DNA of 64,000 nt from Moniliella sp. 'wahieum' (GCA_003971905.1 RSEE01000004.1:186001-250000), one strand, 5' to 3'; counted from the stretch's first letter, positions 1 to 11,079 are shown. A program made the numbers and translations. Notes: generated by a model not told the origin, from the letters alone.

Positions 1-127
1 AAGGGTGCAGCCGAGGCCACGAGCGCTGCATCTGGGGTCGTGTCCGTGCAGGTGAGACTTTGGGGTCAAACTGCAAATCTCAGCCCATGCAACTGTCCTT
101 TCGGGGACAAAGGACACGGTGGATGGC

Positions 128-1769
128 ATGGATACCAGGGTGGAAGAGACAAACAAGTCTTGTCTGGTACTTTGCTTCCGTGATGGTGGTCTTAGCCTTT
201 TGCGCGAGGACGATTCGACCATTGAGCCCGCGTTGGCCGCAACTCTTGCGGCACCTGAGATGACATTGAGCTGGCCGGCCCCCTGGGATAAAGGAACGCA
301 ATTGCCTCCGCCCTCGCGTTGTATCAAGAAGGACCCGGACGGTGACGGATGGATGGAAGAGATGCGGTTTCCCCTCCCCCGAATCGCTACCCTCACTGCT
401 AGTGAAGTTGCAATGCCCTTGGCCCAAATTATCCTCGGCCGCAACAGAATCGAGGTTCAAGTCGCAATCATGGCGCGGTGGAAGGGTGTGCTTGAAGACT
501 CTCCGGAAGTTCTTCCATCTTCAGTCGTGTGGCAGCCGGACACCTTTGGCGAAAAAAAGTGGGACCTGGGCAGCCCATGATGGATAACACACTCCATGCA
601 TGGCGGATGTTGGCGCTGTACAACTTCAATGGCTCTTCGACTGCAACAAATCGAGGGTGGTGTCAGGCCAACACGTGCGCTTGGACGTGACACCAGCGGC
701 GGTGAAGGCAACCGACCTAGGTTCAACTCATGGGACACACCTCGTCCATGGATACGATAGTACGACGCTCAATCCCAAGGATTCATCGGACTGGGAAACG
801 ATAAAGTCGGCGCGGATCGTGCTCGGACGCCATCGCAAGTCGCGTGAGGCGGAAACAGTACACCGCCGGGTGGAAGCTTCTGTATGTCTCCTCTTGGTCA
901 CTGAGTATGGCATATTGACTTGCTCTCCCACTATCATTTTTTATCACAGATTACATTTGATATGGAACCCGCTAAGGTGTTGCTCAATCTGCCCGCGAGC
1001 GGAAGTAGCATTGCCAGTACAAATGTCCGTCCGCACTTGCCCGACCGTCGTCGACGGATGCTTTGGCGTGACTGGGGCCGATCACGGCCGCGACTGCAGG
1101 TACTGGACGGTCCGTATGGGGCCGGGTGCCGCCTCCGCCGTTGTCCAACCGGGTACACATTGCTCAACCTGCGGCTTCTAGGCCCCTTAGTTTTCAGCAC
1201 TCGCCGCTGCGACCCTCAGTGTGGATGCCGTCCCGTGACGATAAGCGCATGAACCACGGCAAAGGATTCTTCCGCCGCTCATTACACGCCGCGACGATTC
1301 CGTGGCGAATATCATGGACCAGCAAACGGCCAACGCTGCGTCACCCATTCCAGGCCCAGCGCATTTGGATGAGATCAACTGTCTCTCACCTGATGAGGTG
1401 GTCCCGCCGGTCGACCCTCATCTGAACGGGAACCACGGTCCAGTTGCACCGCCCGAGGAACCTATTGAAGAAGCACCTGTGCCGGATGAGCAAGAGAATT
1501 TCTCTTTCGAACATCCTGAACAGCATGTGGACCAAGAGGCGGATGTGACACTTGTTGCTATTCCTACATCGCCGATGGCGAAAGAGGCTGGACCAAGCCT
1601 GAAGCGCAAGCGGGCATCCGAGCCTGAAGACATACAAGACCAGCAGCAGCAGGCGCCGCCTACAAAGCGCGTTATGCGGGAACGCGTACGCGACTTGTTG
1701 TTGGGCGGAATAGTGGGTGCTGTCGCCACTTTCACTTCGCTTGCAGCTTTGGGAGCTAGCTTGGAGTAA
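128..1769 (+). CDS. FHA-domain protein with a C-terminal transmembrane (tail) anchor; frameshifted, probable intron ~882-949
   Basis: FHA-like motifs VVSGQHVRL...ATDLGSTHGTHL (ORF 600-1181). Acidic/Pro linker, then a terminal hydrophobic segment LLLGGIVGAVATFTSLAALGASLE* (ORF 1302-1769). GTATGT...TCACAG intron signals. Confidence 0.62.
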
Positions 1770-2359
1770 ATTGCCCAACTAGACTGCCTTACCTGGATTC
1801 ATGTTCATACGTGTTTTGCGTTTTGATACTTTTGGTACTATACTACGTCTCGCTTCGACTTCTCGCCCATCTTACTTTTTCATGCCTCTTCTCCCTTCTT
1901 CCCTTATCGGTTCTCATTTCTCTCTGCCTCCCTGCTCTACCCTGCGCACCGGATTAGCTACTGTTGATTTTCCTATGATCTCTCGCCGCCATATTGCCGC
2001 CAAGGGTCAAGTTGAAGTACCCCTCCTCCGCAAGAAGACGAGAGGGGGGGAGTGGTTGTTGGCCCGGAAATGTATGATTTTGACTTCCTCTAAACATCAT
2101 GCTGCTTTCAATCGGCATATAACAGTGGCAACGAATGCCCTCTATAAAAGTTCAGGTGGCAAGGCGTTCGCGAAATGGGCACCGTTAAGGTCACTACAAT
2201 GTGCTGAAAAGGAGTTTGTGGGTCTCTCGCCACTGTTCATAACGAGGTTCAAGCATCCACGACCGTAGATCTCGTTGCATGTTCTTCGGCTGGCGTGCTA
2301 GCTTTCCGGCCCCTCTAACATGGAACGGTTGCCGCTACGCGCCACGGGCTACGGAAGCC

Positions 2360-3260
2360 CTTAAAGCTTTTGATGCTTGATGCTTGAGGCTTCAGGCCTG
2401 AGGCAAGCCCCCCGAGGCCTGAGGCTCAGGCCTGAAGAACGCGTAGCGCGTAGCGCTTCCTTGCATACTGTGCGCATTCATATATTCTCACTACGTGCGC
2501 GTGAACGTTCACGCGTTCACGCCGTTCACGCGCTCTCAGATGTCAGATGTCAGATCTGTTCGATGATCTTAGATCTTAGATCTCACGTGCTCAGGCGTCC
2601 CAGCCATGCGGTGCGAGAGGGCCAGCATCATGCATCATGCATCATGCATCATGTGACATGGCGCGTCAGCGCGTCAGCGCTCAGCGCGCGAGTATAGCTG
2701 CCGTCGTTACCTGGTACATATTCATACCTCTCAGAGATCGCATCAATCTCAGATCTCGAAGGTTCAGTGCTTTGAGTACCAAACGTACCAACGCCGAGTA
2801 TAGTACTGAGTTGCTCAGGACGGATTTATACTGAGTCTTCTCACATCTGAGAACTACTCTCAGTGTACAGAGTACTGTGAGTTACTGAGAGAACTGGACT
2901 GGCATGCATTATCCGCCGGGGGAAGCAATGATGGGATGGCCACAGCGTTCGATTAGTATCCTCTTTCAATATTCCATGTCAAGTCAAAACAGAAGCTTCA
3001 ACCCTTGAAACCCTTCATGCTCTCAAGTTCAGCCTGGCCAATTCCAGGTATAGAGCTGATCGATGATCGATGTCGAGAGTATCGATCGATTATCAAAAGC
3101 GAGATCCAATTTCCAATGAAGGAACGCTACCAGCGTGAGTTTAGATGGCCGCAAACGTTTTAAGCTGTTACATGTTACGTGCTTTATATTGTCCAACGTC
3201 CAATCCCCTGTAACTAGGTAACTAGGTTGCTAGTTACTAGTTACTTAGTTTATACGTATA
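2360..3260. repeat. Cluster of 7-bp-period palindromic heptamer arrays (A-xy-y'x'-T-N)n
   Basis: AACGTT-C-ACGCGT 2504-2516; AGATCT-T-AGATCT-C 2571-2584; (ATGCATC)x3 2630-2650; also AGGCCT, AGTACT, ATCGAT, ACATGT and ACTAGT units. Confidence 0.9.
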
Positions 3261-3836
3261 GGCCGCGAGTTGCTTTGTGTATGTGCCCCCTTCCACCCCC
3301 CAATGGGGAGTCTACTCTGCGATTTATCGATTATCGCACTCACTGATCCGGAGGACGGGATTCAATTTATCAATGCGGCACCCTTACCCACACACTCAAG
3401 AGTGCCCCCTTTGTGTTTTCGACATCCATGATGCATGAGGCGGCGAGTGAGTATGCATGAGTGTCTGTGGGCACGTATATGGTGTACGAGAAGGGCCTAG
3501 GAGCTTGGCCGTTTGCCGATGCTCGCATGTTGCCCTCTCGCATGGGCATGCTCGCTCTATGTCTCTGCAATGCATATGGTTCCCGGTTATCGAGGTAATG
3601 ATCATCCTCTTGAAGCGCTGAGCTTCAGCAGCCTGAATGCTTTTTGATGGGGCAATGCACGATACCTGTCTAACCTCTCCATGAGCCATGAGCCTATGAG
3701 CTCCATAACTTGCGGAGGGAGGAGAATGGAGGATGTGTGTGACGCCACACTGGTGTAGTGGTGCAGCTGGCCCAAGTCCGGAACCTTCTGGTTCGTTCCG
3801 TATAATATTCCTTCCTGGCGGGCAGGAAAATATTAT

Positions 3837-4166
3837 CAAGAGCCGTTTTTCCCCCTGGTTTTGACGACGCGAGGATACTACGGCACCAAGACGATGGGCA
3901 AGTTGTTTGCGCATTGGAAGGAGTTGGCTACTAAGTCTCAGTGAAAATGGTTCCTCGCTCGGATGTCAACCACGTTCCTCCGTGTCCACACGCGCTTCCT
4001 AGGGTACGGGACCGGATGGCGTGAGCCGGAGGGTCCTGACATCCTGGCGATCCCCCTGGTTCCTTGACCTTAGTGGCGCCCCCAAGTAACCCCCGCAACA
4101 TGAACGGTTAGGTTTAGACGTAGCGTTCCCCCTATCCCAGCCTTAAGCTCTGCCAATGAATGGACG
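3837..4166 (+). mobile_element. 3' fragment (copy 1) of an RLE-type (CRE/R2-like group) non-LTR retrotransposon
   Basis: Diverged direct repeat of ~8119-8462. Translates EPFFPLVLTTRGYYGTKTMGKLFAHWKELATKSQ*KWFLARMSTTFLRVHTRFLG, matching the F-x-P-x-V...G tail of a restriction-like endonuclease domain. Confidence 0.72.
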
Positions 4167-4227
4167 TGGTCTAGCCTCCGTAGCTCATGTGCAATGCAAT
4201 ACACTACCAACTGTCTGCTCTCTGGTC

Positions 4228-4390
4228 TGTAACAATATGGTTATAAGGAGAGGTACGGGAGCTTTGAGAAGGGTAGGGCCTTATACAGCCGAGGGAACCG
4301 CGGAGCCGAGGGAGCTTCCCGGCGGGTAAGAGGGGTGATGCAGATGCCTATCCCACGCAGGAAGGGCGTGATTGGGGCATTGCCCCAACA
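4228..4390 (-). mobile_element. Possible short solo LTR
   Basis: Begins TGT and ends ACA, with TATAA on the minus strand. The flanking 5-mers TGGTC/TGGCT are only an imperfect TSD, and no second copy was seen in the window. Confidence 0.22.
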
Positions 4391-4459
4391 TGGCTTTTCA
4401 TTTTTGCATCTCCTCGCTGTTTCCTTCCGACAGAGGATCCAAAGGAGCAGAACCTGCTT

Positions 4460-5565
4460 GTGCTACGCGTTAAGCCATAACGCGTAACGCGGAACGTTTA
4501 ACGCTTAGGCTAAGCGCTAACATGTAACAGACATCCGGTGATCGGATCCGCTTTCCCTAGTAACTAGTAACTAGTAACAGGTGACCAGTGACGCGGTGAC
4601 GCCTGATGCATGATGCAGACGCGGGACTAGTGACCCTAGTGACCAGTGAGTGACTTGCGATGTGTGGCCCCACGTGGTCGGGACCGCGGGACCGGCGATA
4701 AATTCACGATTTGATCGACGAGAAGCTGAGGCGCAGAGGCTGCCGGGCAAGGCCAACCCTTCATGGCGTGGAGCCAGACATTTGATTGGTCCGAATTGTG
4801 TTCCGGACATTTGAGATGTTGTGGCTTGACGTAGTGGGCCAGAGTGGACCAGGTGAGGGCGTTGCGGAATTTGCCTCCTCTGGCAAGTACCAAGTTAGCG
4901 GGTAGCATCAATGTCAAAGAGCGTTGGCCCAATGCGCTACCGATGTTTGGCGCCTACGTATGGGCCAGAGCCCCCACGGTGATGCGTGCGAGCTCTGTCT
5001 GTCATCCGTGTCGCCGTGTCACCGGTCACCGGTCACCTGTCACCAAGTACACAGACCGGGACAGCACCCAGAACATAAACCACGTGGTACAATATAACCC
5101 AAAGTAACCGGTGACTACTGAGTACTGAGTACGAGTACTGATTAAATTACTGATTAATGATTAAGGCCTTAGGTCGATTAAGCTTCAGCTTTAAGGATTA
5201 ACGATTCGTGACGCGTGACGCGTGTTTCGGGACAAGCAGGGTGCGTCAGGCGTGACGCATGGCTGGTCTCAGATGTGGTTCACCCGGTGAGCGCTCAGCC
5301 TGAGCGCTGAGCTCAGGCGGAACGGTTACATGCAAGTCATGCACTGCAGATGCATCATGCATTATGCATCACCTGCATCACACATCCTACGCCCCATGCA
5401 TTCTCCACACCATACCCAACATGCATCACACATCAGCCGCCCCAACCTATCTGACCGCAACGCTGGGCCTCCGTCGCCACGGATGGAGCTGAGGAAGGGA
5501 GCAGATGGTAGGGCCAGCCATCAGGCCTCAGGCCTGACCTCAGGCCTCAGGCCCAGGCCTCAGGA
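4460..5565. repeat. Dense cluster of palindromic heptamer arrays upstream of the SSUH2-like gene
   Basis: (ACTAGTA)n 4557-4576; (ACCGGTC)x2 5021-5034; ACCGGT-G-ACTACT-G-AGTACT-G 5107-5127; ATTAAT-G 5153; ACGCGT-G-ACGCGT ~5210; ATGCAT-C-ATGCAT-T-ATGCAT-C 5350-5370; AGGCCT-C-AGGCCT 5523-5535. Confidence 0.9.
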
Positions 5566-5707
5566 GTGCCGCGGCTGGGCCCCTCATCTTCTGTGGGCAA
5601 CTCGAGGCGATCGATGGGCATGGTTGTCTGGTTATAATCCGGCCATTCTGCTTCCAGCAGCGTTCGCACCCAACTTTGGCCCTTCACTTCTGTCAGCTGC
5701 GGCCAGC

Positions 5708-7702
5708 ATGCAAGCCCAGGCCTACCCGGCGCCCTGCGCCCGCGCAACCACTTCCGCTCCCCCAGCGACAGCGATCCAAGCGGCCCTCCTACTCCCTCCG
5801 ACCACACCACGCCCTTCTACCTGCAGCGCAAGCCCCTCGTTCAGTCCAGCGATGCCCAGCCTGGTCGCGTTCTTATGCCCCAGACGCTATTGCGTTTCGC
5901 GGAAAGAGCCCTGACGAGCAGCAAATTGAACACCTGCGCACTATGCTCGCCCACATTGCTCCTGACGGTACGTGTCCCTATGACCCTTACCCGGTCACGC
6001 CTTTACAAAATTCTGACAACGTCCGCCTTCTGCCCATAGGCCACCAAGCGACGTCATACAATTATTACCCAAACGACCCCACGGACGTAACCGTGCCGGG
6101 TACGAACGCCGCGAGTGGAAGTTACGCCAGCCGCAACGCGTCTACGCCCTCGGTCGAGGCGTGCAACGCTGATGTCGAGGTCATCGAGACACTAGACGAG
6201 CGGGCAGCGGGCAAACCTCTGGTGCTGACTCCCATCAGCTCGTCCATCATGGGCGACGGAAGCGATGCCAAAGTTGTTTCCAACCTTTCTGCCGTCGATG
6301 TACAGTTCCTCGTGTCCAACCAAGAGCCCATCCCGCCCTCGTCGGAGGAGTTACGTGACCGGATTGTTAAGCAGCATCGGTTCCTCAGTCAGCGCATCGA
6401 GCCTGGTGCTAAGGCACGCAGCCGCACGAGAACCCACCTGCCGTTGACAAGGCCATCCGGGCTCGATTCAAGCCTATTGGCCCCGAAGAGGAGCAAGCCC
6501 GCCTCGCCGCCCTCCAGGTGCAAGTTGACAGCGTGATGGAACAGAGCGTTGTGCGTGGCGTCGTTGTCCTCGAGAAGCGGGAGGCTGTGTGGAAGCCGTT
6601 GGGCTCTGAGCCACCTGCTGACCGGGTGGGTATGGTAGAGACGGTGGAGCGAGCACCTGCTCTACCTTCTGCCTGGCTTTTGCCTCTGGATGCTACTTCG
6701 CACATTGCCACCGGCAAAGCCAAGAGCAAGAAGACGTTCCGTTTGCCGGAGTTTGAGGCCATGGCCGGTTGCTCTTCGTGCAACGCCAAGGGAAAGACCA
6801 TGTGCCCTCTTTGCAAGGATGCGGAGCCGGATGAATGTTTCTGGTGCGAGGGCACCGGCATCCGGAAGCGCAAGACGTGCGACAACTGCCACGGTCGCAA
6901 GATCCACGCTTGCCTAAGGTGCGACGCGCGGGGTACGATCGATTGCAACGAGTGTGGTGGTAATGGCCAAGTGTATGTGGGTGCGTTTGTCGACGTCAAG
7001 TTCCGCACCATCTCTCTTCCTCCCATTGCGGTCAAGGACTTGGTTTGCCCTGGTACCGGTCGGCCCCCGGTCACAGCCGAGGAGGTGGCCGAATGCTCTA
7101 AGCTGAAGATGGCCCAGACGATTTCCGAACTGTCCCGCGTCCAAGCTACCAAGGGATCGCCCTCGGTACCGGTATTGGCTCGCTGCGTGTGGCACAAGAG
7201 TGTTAAGCGCATTGTCTCGGTCACCCGCCCGGCTACCGTCGAGATGCCGGGACAGAAGAAGTTGGGTTTGAGGCACAAAGCGCATCAAGTGGTTGTGGAG
7301 GGAGATACCCACCGCTTCCTTGTCCCCAGCGACAAGACAGCTCCGATCGTTGAGATCACAGCCACGGCAGCCGCTGCTGCTGTTGCTGCCAATTCTCGGC
7401 CCGGCCCCTATTCCAGTAGTAGTATCTACATGGGTGATACTACGCCTTCTACTTATTCGACGGTGCCCACTCCGTCCACCTCCGTGGCCCACTTGCAAGC
7501 GCTGGGCGCCAGGCCGATGTTGTGCCTTCCGTTCCCGCCGTTCCAGATGCCTACACATCCCTTGAGGTGGGGAGTTACGTTCCGGCCCCCACTTCAACTG
7601 CGACAGTACAGGCCTATTAAGCCAATTACTGTTGCTGTGGTACCCCTGCTGCGCTCACATACGCACAAATGGGGCCACGCCATTTGCATAATGTTTCGTT
7701 AA
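5708..7702 (+). CDS. SSUH2-like protein with DnaJ-type CxxCxGxG zinc-finger repeats (no J domain seen); frameshifted
   Basis: CSSCNAKG, CPLC, CFWCEGTG, CDNCHGRK, CLRCDARG, CNECGGNG in ORF 6518-7702, preceded by E-K-R...W-K-P...P-S-A-W as in the SSUH2 family. Confidence 0.6.
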
Positions 7703-7887
7703 TTTCTTCTCATTTTCAGTCGCACACTTTGCTGCATCATTAATTCTATGTTCTCTTCCCTTTCTTTCACTCCAATTGTTGCCATTCCCGTATAGTGCTT
7801 ATTGCAGTACCTTCCCCCACATCATCTCTTTGTGCATACCCACATTTGCAAACCTCCTTTCATCCTAGCCTATAGTCCATCTTATTA

Positions 7888-8466
7888 ACAGAGCGCACCG
7901 ACTAGCCTACCGCGTCATGGGGCCCGGAGCACTGGGAGGACCAGGAATGGAAGTGGACCACACGCTACGAGACAGGGAACGCAGGAGGCGCAGAGCGCGT
8001 ACCGGAGAGTGGTGCACGAGAGCACCGCGACGCCTTTGGAACGCCGGGAGAAGGAGCTCTGCTTCGGCTGCTGGAACAAGCAGAATGCGAGAAGAACGCC
8101 AAGTACCACGGACGCACCCAAGAGCCGTTTCCCCCTTGGTTTTGACGACGCGAGGATACTAGCACCAAGACAACGGGCAAGATGCTTGGGCATTGGCAGG
8201 ATTTGACTACTGATTAGTGACTCTCAATGGAAATGGTTCCTCGCTCTCGGATGTCTATACCACGTTCATCCGTATCCACACGTGCTACCTCGGTATGGGG
8301 ACGGATGGAGTGCACCAGAGGGTCCTGATATCCTGGCGATTCCTCTGGTTCCTTAAGCGGTGTTGACGCTATACTAAGCAGCACACGCAAGATGAACGGG
8401 TCGGTTTATAGGCGTATAGCGTTTCCCTGTCCCAGCCTTGAGCTCTGTCAATGATACGGATGCAAT
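7888..8466 (+). mobile_element. 5'-truncated, degenerate RLE-type non-LTR retrotransposon (copy 2)
   Basis: Reconstructed across indels: TERTDYRVMGPGALGGPGMEVDHT...LLEQAECEKNAKYHGRTQEPF-PLVLTTRG. This gives the R-x-D...D...K-x-x-K-Y...F-x-P-x-V motifs of the PD-(D/E)xK restriction-like endonuclease. The 3' ~340 bp is homologous to 3837-4166. Confidence 0.8.
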
Positions 8467-8479
8467 ATAGAGATAGTTG

Positions 8480-8529
8480 GTGTTGATCGATGATCATCCA
8501 TTCCTTTATTGCCGATCATCGATCAACAC
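8480..8529. repeat. Perfect 16-bp inverted repeat with an 18-nt spacer
   Basis: GTGTTGATCGATGATC (8480-8495) is the exact reverse complement of GATCATCGATCAACAC (8514-8529). Confidence 0.92.
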
Positions 8530-11079
8530 ACGTAATACACATGTGAGACGCGTTTGATGAGCTGGATGCTGGGTTTGCTCCTGGCTGTTTTTCTTTCTCT
8601 CCCCACAGAGCATGAAACTTCTTCTTCACCAATAACTACATTTTGTCTCCGTATGTGTGTGTCTCTGTGTGCTTTTGTTTGGGAGACCAGATAGCAATCG
8701 GTTCCCGTATTACCCAGTACTAAACGACAGTGCTCGGTATACTCACGGTTAAATAGTCAAAACACACGACAGTGAACTCATGTGCCTCGGCAGTGACTGT
8801 CACACATGTCACAGTCGAGGCTAAGGCGAGGGAGACCAGAAGCGGGACTAGGCCATGGGGTGTAGCAATCGTTCGTGGGGAAGAAGCAAGAACAGAGGAC
8901 ATGGTGCGAAGTGGAAGTAACAGGGAAGGAGCGAGATGCTCGAGACGAAGAAATCGGAAATGGGAGCGAGATCAGCCAAACGATGACAGTGATCGACGTA
9001 CTGTTTTGTTCATTTTTAATTGCATGTGGCAGCTCGCGATTGTGCACATAAAAAATGGAGACTGTAACAGTCGCGGGCGATGCGAGTGGGGCCAAGTACC
9101 AAGAGAAGCAAATGATGCACTGCTAGGGGAAAGGAGAACCGGATCGGCGAAGAGCGGTGAGAAAAATTTACCTGGTTATAGCCAAGGGGACCGTGGCAGA
9201 GAGAGTAAATTAAATACCTGCTTCCTTCTTGAAAAGGAATGTCTGAATCCTCCTGCACGGTAACCGGTAAGGCCTAAGGCGTGACATATGCAAGGAATGC
9301 CCCGAATCCCCAATGGAGCTTGGGATACGATACCAATGTCACTATCCCACAGTGTGTGATGTGCCACAAGTCGGCCAGAACGTCTCGCCAAGGCCTGCTG
9401 TTGGCCAGGCAAAACGCTTCTTGTATATTACGTCTATTTTATCATGTCTCACAAAATGACGATCTCTCTTGTGTCTGACACAGCTTCATGGCGGTTTTAT
9501 AGCTGCACTCACGTCACGCGTCACTGTCTGGTCTTCTCGCAATGGGTCTCAGCTCAGCCTCCGTTACATGTTACATATCGATTGATGCTTTGACCACACC
9601 GATAGAGTCGGAAATGAAGGAGGCCAAAAAGTTGGGCTCCGGAAGTGTGTGTAGAATGCCCGGAGGAAAGGACTGCTGGCACGGGGCGGACCCGCCAGGG
9701 CCTCGCTGGGGTTTGTGGTGTAAAATCCCTTAGGAGACGGTAGGTCGACTCACGGTAGTTTCGGGCTCGGCTAGTTATAGTGGATCCGAGCGGAGCTAGG
9801 GAACGAGAGGCAATTGGGTGCGAAGCTGAAGGGCTACTGCACATGTGGGGAGGCTGCGTGTTCTCCGACTTCGGCCGTAGTAGTAACACACGTGTCTGAA
9901 GCCTCCGGAACTGAGGGATGGGTAGTCGGAGGCAGTACGGGTCAAACACTGCCTGAGCTGAGACTGGACAGGGACGGCTGTCCGCGTCGCTGGAACGGAA
10001 CCCACGCGAGGAGCTGTTGCTACGGGGAATCTACGCAGCTGAAGGATGGCTCGGGCGACTGGACGGATGGAGAGCTGGAGGACGAGGGCGGAAGAGGAGA
10101 TGGGAGCTAAGTGGAAAGGAGGCTGCCTGTACTGAATCAATTGGCTGGAAAACGTGCAGGAACTGGACAAGGTAGGTGGGAAGGGACGAGAATGGAAGGT
10201 GAAGGAAATGAGCCCCACCTACCAGAGGTACAGGCTAGACCAAAACGGAAAACGGAGACACAATAGGGGGTGTAGAATAAAGGAAGGCAAGTTAAAAGAG
10301 GGATTGGAAAGGAAATAAGTATTAAGTGGTGACGAGGCGACAGTCGTCGCAATGATAGTGAAAGCTTGGTGTCCTTATTTAGGCCATCTGACTGTCCCCT
10401 CGGGCCACCGTACCTCATTTAACTAACCATCATTATCACACCAGTGGGTTGGACGTCGGAACGCGCTCCACTGGGCATGTACAGAGCAGCAGGCCTTCGC
10501 TTGGCTCGGAACATCTCGGCTCCAACGCAGCCCCTAAAACAGCTTCCAAGCGCGAGCTGTGTGAGCAGGCGCGGATTGCGAAAACGGCAACCATTAATCG
10601 CCAGTTTTGCACAGGCCAGCGAGATCGTCCGCTGTCTCGCCATCGGCCGGCAATCGATAATCCGATCAACGTACGGCCTAACCCATCGTTAAAGTTATTG
10701 TCTGTCGACATTCCAGTGTGTTAGTACTATGTATGCGACAGTGCACCGTGTTGAGCTGGGTGGTTGGACGAGGTACACAGCAAACTATTCAAGGCTGTCG
10801 CTGCTGGACACAGCAAACGAGAGATGTGCGAATGACTACATCCGACAAAACCGTTTCAGGGGACTGAACAGATGCATACAGGGGAGAGACGGCGAAGGAA
10901 AGGGCATGAGCAAAGAACCGGATGAAGAGAGAGACGAAGGAGGTACCAGCCAATAGGCCAGACCTACAGGATAGGACAAGAGGGCCCGGTAGCGAGAGAT
11001 ACAAAAGGGCGAGAGGATCCAGCTTCACAAAAGGGGGGGAGACAGGAAGGAGCGTATCCAGTCTGCGCCGTATGAGTGC

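Noticed and set aside
3955..4062. Hammerhead or HDV-like ribozyme
   Set aside because: I could not find a CUGANGA/GAAA core or an HDV P3/L3/P1.1 arrangement; only generic pseudoknot pairing is supported.
4460..5565. Synthetic polylinker or vector contamination (many 6-cutter sites: SpeI, AgeI, ScaI, StuI, HindIII, MluI, NsiI)
   Set aside because: The sites are essentially all of the A...T class, degenerate, phased at 7 bp and dispersed through many native intergenic regions. No vector features are present.
3837..8466. LTR pair of a single element that captured the SSUH2-like gene
   Set aside because: The repeats lack TG...CA ends, encode an RLE endonuclease tail and have different 5' truncations, which fits two independent non-LTR insertions.
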